Shown here in pieces: positions 51,601 to 64,000 of a stretch of DNA of 64,000 nt. The notes below the pieces were generated by a model. That model saw only the letters and a list, made by a program, of their open reading frames with translations, did not search any database and was not told where the DNA came from. The DNA lies in NCBI RefSeq assembly GCF_009914755.1, contig NC_060947.1. One strand, 5' to 3'. Position 1 is the stretch's first letter, and every line of letters starts with the position of its first letter. The position numbers and the translations under genes were made by a program. The stretch is from the human T2T-CHM13v2.0 reference genome, Homo sapiens.

Positions 51601-54600
51601 TTGATGACCTGTCTAATATTGTCAGTGGGTTGTTGAAGTCTCCTACTATTATTGTGTGGTTATCTAAGTCTCTTCATAGGTCTCTAAGAACTTGCTTTAT
51701 GAATCTGGGTGCTCCTGTGTTGTGTGTGTATATATTTATGAAGGGTGGGTCTTCTTGTTAAATTGAACCCTTTACCATTATGTAATGCCCTTCTTTTTTT
51801 TTTTTTTACCATTGTTGGTTTAAGTCTGTTTTGACTAAAAGTAGAATAGCAACCCCTACTTCTTTCTGTTTTCTTAGTAGATTTTTCTTCATCCCTTTAC
51901 TTTGAGCCTATGGGTGTCATTGCAGGTGGATGGCTGTCTTGAAGACAGCATACTGTTGGTCTTGCCTTCTTTATCCAACTTGTCACTCTGTGCCTTTTAA
52001 TTAAAGCACTTATCCTGTTTACATTCAACGTTAATATTGATATGTGTGGATTTGGTCCTGCCATCAAGTCGTTAGCTGGTTATTATACAGACTTGATTGT
52101 GTGGTCACTTCTTAGTGTCATAGACCAAGTACATGGTCTATGCATTTAAGTGTGTTTTTGTGGTGGCTGGTAACAGTCTTACCTTTCCATATTTAGTACT
52201 CCCTTCAGGGCCTCTGGTAAGGCAAGTCTGGAGCTAACAAATTCCCATAGCATTTGCTTGTCTGAGAAGGATCCTATTTCTCCTTTGCTTATGAAGCTTA
52301 GTATGGCTGGATATGATATTCTTGATTGAAATTTCTTTTCATTAAAGATGCTGTATATAGGCACTAATTCTCTTCTGACTTATAGGGTTTTTGCTGAAAT
52401 GTCCTTTGTTTTCCTAACGGGGTTCCCTTTGTAAGTGACCTGTCCCTTCTCTTTGGATGCCTTTAATATGTTTTCTTTAATTTTGACCTTGGAAAATCTA
52501 TGTGTCTTGGGGATGGTCATCTTGTATAGTATCTTGAAGGGTTCTCTGCATTTTCTGAATTTGAATGTTGGCCTCTGTAGCAATGTTGGGTAAATTTTCT
52601 TGAATGATATCCTTAAGTATGTTGCCCACATTGCTTGCTATTTCTTCCTCTCTCCCAGGGACACCAATGATTCATAGATTTGGTGTCTACATAATACCAT
52701 ATTTCTCAGAGCTTTCGTTCATTCTTGTGTTTACTTTTTGTTGTGGTGGTTGTTGTCTGAGTTATTTTGTAGAACCAGTCTTCGAGCTCTGAGATTTGTT
52801 CCTCAGCTTGATCTGTTCTTGCTGTTAATACTTGCAATTGTATTCTGAAATTCTTGGAGTTTTTCAGCTCTATCAGATCAATTTCGTTGTTTCTTAAAAT
52901 GGCCATTTTGTTTTTTATCTCCTGTATCATTTTATTGTATTCCTTAGATTCCTTGAATTGGGGTTCCACTTTATTCTGAATGTTGATGATCTTCATTCCT
53001 CTCCATATTCTGAATTCTATTTTTGTCATTTCAGCCTTGTTAGGAACCACTGCTGTGGAACTGGTGCAGTCATTTGGAGGTAAGACACTCTGGGTTTTTG
53101 AGTTGCCACAGTTTTTGCACTGGTTATTTATTATCTGTGTAGACTAATTTTTTTTGATCTTTGAAGCTGCTGTCCTTTTGGTGTTTTTGCTGTTATCTTC
53201 TTTGATGCCCTTGAGAGTTTGATTGTGGTATAAGGTCGGTTTCACTGTCTTCATTTCTGGAAGATTTTATGGGGCTCAGGCTCAGCTCAGCACTCCTGAT
53301 TTGCATGCTCTGACTCTGAGGGGCAGGTACCAGGCTCCTGGCTTTCTTCTCCAGCTCCTTGCAGTTAGAAGCCTGCTGTGCTGGAGGGGCTGAGGTGTTC
53401 CCACCCCAATGGCCACAACACTCTAAAGGCTGGTGCCAACCAAAACACTTCATTGGGGCAGTGACAGCACAAGCTGTGGCTGCTTCAATGTGCCAGCAGC
53501 TGTGGCAGCATGGTGGAGTGCATGTACATTGGCTGGGGTGGGATGCTGGCAGAAGCGAGGTTGAAGCATTCCTGTGCATACTCCTGCTGGCAGTGGGCCA
53601 CAGGCAGGGGAAAGGTTGCCAGTGCCTGTGCTTGCACTTATGCTGGTGGCAGTGGCAGTGGAGCACTGGTGGATGTGGGGCTGCTGGCCTCCATGTGTAC
53701 ATTTGCACTGTTGGCAGTGTCAGGGTATGGGGCTGCCGGCATTCAGCACTTATTCATACCAGCTGTGGTGGCAGCATGGGAGAGTTGTGATCGCCAGTGT
53801 GTGTGCACATTCACATGAAATTGTTGCACAGCTGAATGCTGAAACATTAGTGGTGGTGGTGGGGCAATGGGTTGCACTCACACTGGCAGCACACTTCCAC
53901 ACTGGCAGAGGAAAGGAGGTGACGTCCACTTGCACATATGCGCCAGCAAAGCAGTTGCAGGTGGCCATGAGCGAGAGTGTGCTGGCAAAGTGGTGTGGGG
54001 AAGGCTGTAATGGGGAGGGTGTGTGGGGGGCTGGTGTACTCTGTCAGTGGATGCTCTGCTGGGGCCCTCTCGTGGTGAGGCACGGTTTGCTGGTGAAAGA
54101 GATATAATGAGGGTCCCCAGGAAGCACCCTGGTTGGGCATCCAAGGCTGCACTGCCAGCAGGCGCAGTCAGCCTAGGGTCCTGGGAGATGGCAACAGACA
54201 GGTGGGCACTCAGATTGAACTGGCCTCATTCCACAAGCAAGATAGCCCTGTTCTGTCCAGGTCTGACATTGATCCTATGGCCAAAGTATCCTAGAAAAGC
54301 ATGGGAAGCCTTGGAGGATGGGCATCCCTGGCATTGCTCCCATGCAGATATTCCCACACCAAATCCTCTGGGCTCTGTGCAAGCTGGAGACCAGGTCCTA
54401 GCACCTGTCTGAGAAGTACTCCCTGCCAACTCAAGTGTCCATGGGGGTCATGGCATTTCCTGCTGCCCAGATTTCAGAGGTCCATGATAGGAGCAGGCTG
54501 CTTCTTGCCTGTTCCCCCCATTGCTCATCCCCATAAGGAATGAGTCCCAGTGCTTTGTATTCCCTTGCAGGGTTTCCAGATACCCCCCCCACCACCCGTT

Positions 54601-54742
54601 CAGCCCAGCATCTACTCCTTCCCTCCATCTACTCTTAATGCCTTCCCTCTGAAGATCTGCTTGGAATTTGCCAGTCTTCCTGATGTTCCAGTCTCTCAGT
54701 GGTAGATGTTCCTACTGGCTGTGTCTAGTTGGCCATCTTTGG
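48690..54742 (-). mobile_element. Near full-length old primate L1 (L1PA13-16/L1PB-like), decayed, with 5' UTR
   Basis: 5' end AAGATGGCCAACTAGA at ~54740; GC-rich repetitive 5' UTR 53200-54740; ORF1 remnants 52179-53050; EN/RT remnants 50960-51550; deletion joining the 3' UTR to ORF2 near 48735. Confidence 0.8.
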
Positions 54743-55423
54743 CCTATCACTGTCAATCTTGAAGGACAGTTTTGCCAGATATAGAATTCTCAATTTTCAG
54801 GGTACTTTTTTTTTCTTTCAGCACTTTAAATGTATGAATTTTCTGTCTTCTGGTCTTGAAGGTTTCTGCTGAGAAACAAACTGATGATCTTATTGAGAAT
54901 ACCTTGTATGTGATGAATTGCTTTTCTCTTCCTCCTTTCAAGATTTTTCTCATCCAACAATTTGAAAATAATGTCATTGTCTTGGTGTGAGTCTCTTTGG
55001 CTAAATCCTACTTGGAATTTGTTGAACTTCTTATATTTACATATTCATTTCTTTCCTCAAATTTGGGAGGGCTTTGGACATTATTTCTTCAAATAATCTC
55101 CTTGACCCTTTTCCTTTCTCTTCTTCTGGAAATTTTATAAGGTGTTTTATTTATTTATTTATTTTTGTCTCCTTCATGGTGTCTCATTAATCCATTAGAC
55201 TCTGTTCACTTTTCTTCATTCTTTTAAAATTTTTGCTCCTCAGATTTGACAACTTTAAATGACCTGTCTCCAAGTTCTCTGATTCTTTCTTCTGTCTATT
55301 AGAGTCTGATGTTGAACCACTCTAGCAAGTATTTCAATGCAGTTTTTGTATTTTTTAGCCCACAATTTAAAAAAATAATTTCTACCTTTCAGTGATTTTT
55401 AAAATTTTGCTCACATACTGTTT

Positions 55424-55725
55424 TCTTTTTTTTTAAAAAATTTATTATTATTATACTTTAAGTTTTAGGGTACATTGCACAATGTGCAGGTTTGTTACAT
55501 ATGTATACATGTGCCATGTTGGTGTGCTGCACCCATTAACTCGTCATTTAGCATTAGGTATATCTCCTAATGCTATCCCTCTGCCCCCCGTCCCACCCCA
55601 CAACAGTCCCTGGAGTGTGATGTTCCCCTTCCTGTGTCCATGTGTTCTCATTGTTCAATTCCCACCTATGAGTGAGAACATGCGGTGTTTGGTTTTTTGT
55701 CCTGGCGATAGTTTGCTGAGAATGA
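55424..55725 (-). mobile_element. Short 5'-truncated L1PA 3' UTR fragment
   Basis: TTATACTTTAAGTTTTAGGGTACA...GATAGTTTGCTGAGAATGA. Confidence 0.9.
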
Positions 55726-56044
<319 letters not shown>

Positions 56045-58185
56045 TCTTTTCACATATTTAAGGAAGTGTGTTAAAGTCTTTATCTAGTACATTTGATGCC
56101 TAATGTCTCTTTTTGGACGATTTCTGTAGATTTATTTTGTTTCTATAAATAGACTATGCTTTTGTGTTTTTTTCTATGACTTGCTATATATTTTTCGAAA
56201 ATTAGGCATTTGAAAAAAAAAAAAATCCCAACCACTTTTTCCAGTCTTTGCAGAATGGCTCCTTGCAGGGATAGACTTTTATTACTTAGCAGGGTACATT
56301 TTTGTCCTTGGGATTGGCCCAGGCAATCCCAGCCTTTGCAGGCCTTTTCTCAGCCTGTATTTCCCCTGAGCTCTTTTTCTCCAATTTCTCCACATATAAT
56401 CAAATTTTATGTGTCTTAGTTTCCCTACGAGTCTCACTGCTGCTTCTTTTTGGGGACATGGCAGTTAAATTGTATTCCCCTACCAATAATCTCCTGCCCT
56501 TGGGGTCTATGGGTCTATAGTCCCCCTGTGGTTTTCATGAGCTGTACTCACTGCTTCTCGTGACTTTTCTTAGCTTGAGATCTGGGCCGTATCAATTTTG
56601 GCCATCTAAGCTCCATTTTAGGTGACAGAAATCAATCCGTCAGGTTGCCCTCAGACAGGTTAGAACATGGAAAATTAGGTCTACTCTTCTCTCTCTGGTT
56701 TGAAGGAGAGCTGGGGACTGAGCCACCTCTTCCCCAAAAGCATGTAACACCAGCAAGGTGTGGGTCAAAGGCAAGTAACAATGTCATGAAATTTCCTAGC
56801 TTTTTGAATGTGACTTTTTCTTCACTGGGCATTTGCTTGGTTTCTATTGATCTCTGACTGATTTCCAGAACTCCTATACAGTTATATAGATTTTAGTAGT
56901 TTCTTTTTAATGTGTTTTATAGGGGAAAGATGGCTTGAATCTTCCCAGTTCACCATTCTTCTTTAAGTTTTTAACTTTTGAAGGATAATTTCACTGGACA
57001 CAAATTTCTAGATTGGGGCTTTTCTACCTTTGATACTTTAAATTTTTGCTTCACTACCTTCCTTCTGGCATGGCTCTGAGAAGTCCAATGTAATTCTTAT
57101 CCTTGCTACTCTAAATTTAAGTTTTCTTCCCCCTCTAAAGCTCCTTTCAATATTTTTTCTTTGTCTTTGATTTTCTGCAGTTTGAATATGATATGCCTAG
57201 GTATGGAGTTTTGGGTATTTATTCTTCTTGGAGTTCTTTGAGCTTCCTAGATCTGTGGTTTGGTGTCTATCATTACCTTTGGGAAATTCTCAGTCATTAT
57301 TGCTTCAAATTTTTCTTCTCTTCATTTTTCTCTTTCTTCTTCTTCTGGTATTGTCATTACATCTTTATGTAATGTTATGCTACACTACATAAAGTTATGT
57401 TACACCTTTTCTAATTGTCCCACATTTCTTGGATATTGTTATGTCTTTCCATTTTTTTTCTTGTTGCATTTCAGCTTAGGAGGGTTCTATTAACATTTCT
57501 TTAAACTCACTGATTTTCTTTTTCCTTGGCCATGCTCAGCCTAATAGTCTATTGGTGAGCCCATCAAAGCCATTCTTCATTTCTATTACATTTGATTTGT
57601 AGCATTTAGTTTTCATTCTTTTTTTTATTATTATACTTTAAGTTTCAGGGTACATGTGCACAATGTGCAGGTTAGTTACATATGTATACATGTGACATGC
57701 TGGTGCGCTGCACCCACTAACTCATCATCTAGCATTAGGTGTATCTCCCAATGCTATCCCTCCCCTCTGCCCCCACCCCACAACAGTCCCCAGAGTGTGA
57801 TGTTCCCCTTCCTGTGTCTATGTTTTCTCATTGTTCAATTTCCACCTATGAGTAAGAATATGCGGTGTTTGGTTTTTTGTTCTTGCGATAGTTTACTGAG
57901 AATGATGATTTCCAATTTCAACCATGTCCCTACAAAGGACATGAAGTCATCATTTTTTATGGCTGCATAGTATTCCATGGTGTATATGTGCCACATTTTC
58001 TTAATCCAGTCTATCATTGTTGGACATTTGGCTTGGTTCCAAGTCTTTGCTATTGTGAATAGTGCCGCAATAAACATACGTGTGCATGTGTCTTCATAGC
58101 GGCATGATTTATAGTCCTTTGGGTCTATACCCAGTAATGGGATGGCTGGGTCAAATGGTATTTCTAGTTCTAGATCCCTGAGGAA

Positions 58186-61686
<3,501 letters not shown>

Positions 61687-61725
61687 TCATTAGTTGATGC
61701 AGTTTCTTCCTAGTCTCGATGGTCT

Positions 61726-62742
61726 TTACATTTTGGCATGATTTTGCAGCGGCTGGTACTGGTTGTTCCTTTCCATGTTTAGCGCTTCCTTCAGGAGCTC
61801 TTTTAGGGCAGGCCTGGTGGTGAGAAAATCTCTCAGCATTTGCTTGTCTATAAAGTATTTTATTTCTCCTTCACTTATGAAGCTTAGTTTGGCTGGATAT
61901 GAAATTCTGGGTTGAAAATTCTTTTCTTTAAGAATGTTGAATATTGGCCCCCACTCTCTTCTGGCTTGTAGGGTTTCTGCCGAGAGATCCGCTGTTAGTC
62001 TGATGGGCTTTCCTTTGAGGGTAACCCGACCTTTCTCTCTGGCTGCCCTTAACATTTTTTCCTTCATTTCAACTTTGGTGAATCTGACAATTATGTGTCT
62101 TGGAGTTGCTCTTCTCGAGGAGTATCTTTGTGGCGTTCTCTGTATTTCCTGGATCTGAACGTTGGCCTGCCTTGCTAGATTGGGGAAGTTCTCCTGGATA
62201 ATATCCTGCAGAGTGTTTTCCAACTTGGTTCCATTCTCCACATCACTTTCAGGTACACCAATCAGACGTAGATTTGGTCTTTTCACATAGTCCCATATTT
62301 CTTGGAGGCTTTGCTCATTTCTTTTTATTCTTTTTTCTCTAAACTTCCCTTCTCGCTTCATTTCATTCATTTCATCTTCCATTGCTGATACCCTTTCTTC
62401 CAGTTGATCGCATCGGCTCCTGAGGCTTCTGCATTCTTCACGTAGTTCTCGAGCCTTGGTTTTCAGCTCCATCAGCTCCTTTAAGCACTTCTCTGTATTG
62501 GTTATTCTAGTTATACATTCTTCTAAATTTTTTTCAAAGTTTTCAACTTCTTTGCCTTTGGTTTGAATGTCCTCCCGTAGCTCAGAGTAATTTGATCGTC
62601 TGAAGCCTTCTTCTCTCAGCTCGTCAAAATCATTCTCCATCCAGCTTTGTTCTGTTGCTGGTGAGGAACTGCGTTCCTTTGGAGGAGGAGAGGCGCTCTG
62701 CGTTTTAGGGTTTCCAGTTTTTCTGTTCTGTTTTTTCCCCAT
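61726..62742 (-). CDS. L1 ORF1p, intact 338 aa
   Basis: Full-length ORF1p with conserved REKG, ARR and YPAKLS motifs. Confidence 0.97.
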   Translation of the reverse strand: MGKKQNRKTGNPKTQSASPPPKERSSSPATEQSWMENDFDELREEGFRRSNYSELREDIQTKGKEVENFEKNLEECITRITNTEKCLKELMELKTKARELREECRSLRSRCDQLEERVSAMEDEMNEMKREGKFREKRIKRNEQSLQEIWDYVKRPNLRLIGVPESDVENGTKLENTLQDIIQENFPNLARQANVQIQEIQRTPQRYSSRRATPRHIIVRFTKVEMKEKMLRAAREKGRVTLKGKPIRLTADLSAETLQARREWGPIFNILKEKNFQPRISYPAKLSFISEGEIKYFIDKQMLRDFLTTRPALKELLKEALNMERNNQYQPLQNHAKM

Positions 62743-63197
62743 CTTTGTGGTTTTATCTACTTTTGGTCTTTGATGATGGTGATGTACAGATGGGTTTTCG
62801 GTGTAGATGTCCTTTCTGGTTGTTAGTTTTCCTTCTAACAGACAGGACCCTCAGCTGCAGGTCTGTTGGAATACCCTGCCGTGTGAGGTGTCAGTGTGCC
62901 CCTGCTGGGGGGTGCCTCCCAGTTAGGCTGCTCAGGGGTCAGGGGTCAGGGACCCACTTGAGGAGGCAGTCTGCCCGTTCTCAGATCTCCAGCTGCGTGC
63001 TGGGAGAACCACTGCTCTCTTCAAAGCTGTCAGACAGGGACACTTAAGTCTGCAGAGGTTACTGCTGTCTTTTTGTTTGTCTGTGCCCTGCCCCCAGAGG
63101 TGGAGCCTACAGAGGCAGGCAGGCCTCCTTGAGCTGTGGTGGGCTCCACCCAGTTCGAGCTTCCTGGCTGCTTTGTTTACCTAAGCAAGCCTGGGCA

Positions 63198-63380
63198 ATG
63201 GCGGGCGCCCCTCCCCCAGCCTCGTTGCCGCCTTGCAGTTTGATCTCAGACTGCTGTGCTAGCAATCAGCGAGATTCCGTGGGCGTAGGACCCTCTGAGC
63301 CAGGTGTGGGATATAGTCTCGTGGTGCGCCGTTTCTTAAGCCGGTCTGAAAAGCGCAATATTCGGGTGGGAGTGACCTGA
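63198..63380 (+). CDS. L1 antisense ORF0, truncated to 60 aa
   Basis: MAGAPPPASLPPCSLISDCC...IRVGVT then TGA; canonical ORF0 continues RFSRC... to 71 aa. Confidence 0.75.
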   Translation: MAGAPPPASLPPCSLISDCCASNQRDSVGVGPSEPGVGYSLVVRRFLSRSEKRNIRVGVT

Positions 63381-64000
63381 TTTTCCAGGTGCGTCCGTCA
63401 CCCCTTTCTTTGACTCGGAAAGGGAACTCCCTGACCCCTTGCGCTTCCCAGGTGAGGCAATGCCTCGCCCTGCTTCGGCTCGCGCACGGTGCGCACACAC
63501 ACTGGCCTGCGCCCACTGTCTGGCACTCCCTAGTGAGATGAACCCGGTACCTCAGATGGAAATGCAGAAATCACCCGTCTTCTGCGTCGCTCACGCTGGG
63601 AGCTGTAGACCGGAGCTGTTCCTATTCGGCCATCTTGGCTCCTCCCCCTCCTTTTTGAATCTTTTTATGATGGCAGTTTTAAAATCCTAGTAATTCCAAC
63701 ATCTGATTTATCTCAGTGTTAACGTTACTCGATTGTCTTTTCTTAAATTGTGAGTTTTCTATTATATCCTGGACATTTTGTCTATTCTGTTAGGAGTCTC
63801 TATTTAAACTTTCTATTTTAGCAGGCAGTCATCTTGTTTAGCCGTAGCATGCAGATCCTCTCCTACTTTTGTCAGCTATCATTCCAGGGAAGTTGTTTTT
63901 GAAAGCTTTTGGTGCTGTTTTGGTCTGATTGGTTTGTCTGTTGCCACTGGGGTTCCTCCTGTTTTCTGCTTGTGCTGCCTAAGGGGAGCAGAAATGGTTT

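Noticed and set aside
53193-54628. Cys/His/Trp-rich ORFs of 100-177 aa
   Set aside because: They fall in the repetitive GC-rich 5' UTR of an old L1 and occur in all frames.

Overview
Primate (almost certainly human, Xq11.2) genomic DNA, not microbial. The only cellular coding gene is ASB12 (ankyrin repeat and SOCS box 12), minus strand. Its coding exons are 30925-30103 and 29743-29610 (318 aa), its polyA signal is at 29485-29490, and a probable non-coding first exon and muscle-type promoter lie near 35.7-35.9 kb. The CpG island at ~9.5-11.7 kb contains a minus-strand non-coding first exon. By position next to ASB12 this is most likely the AMER1 (WTX/FAM123B) promoter, so bases 1-10844 would be intron 1 and the coding exon lies left of the window. 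The rest is transposon-derived: a complete HERV-L provirus with MLT2A2 LTRs (18117-24796), a 7SL retropseudogene, Alus, MaLR/ERVL/ERVK LTRs, and from ~37.5 kb an almost solid L1 block ending in a full-length L1 (57619-63648). I see no novel multi-gene system. The best leads are: (1) the full-length L1 looks like a chimera of a young L1HS 5' part and an older L1PA2/3 3' part without a clear TSD; (2) a cluster of TCF/LEF motifs in the putative AMER1 intron 1; (3) MLT2A LTRs with DUX4-like motifs and splice donors pointing at both genes; (4) an in-frame candidate exon upstream of ASB12; (5) a CTCF site at the gene/L1 boundary. Repeat subfamily calls and consensus comparisons are from memory, not from alignments.
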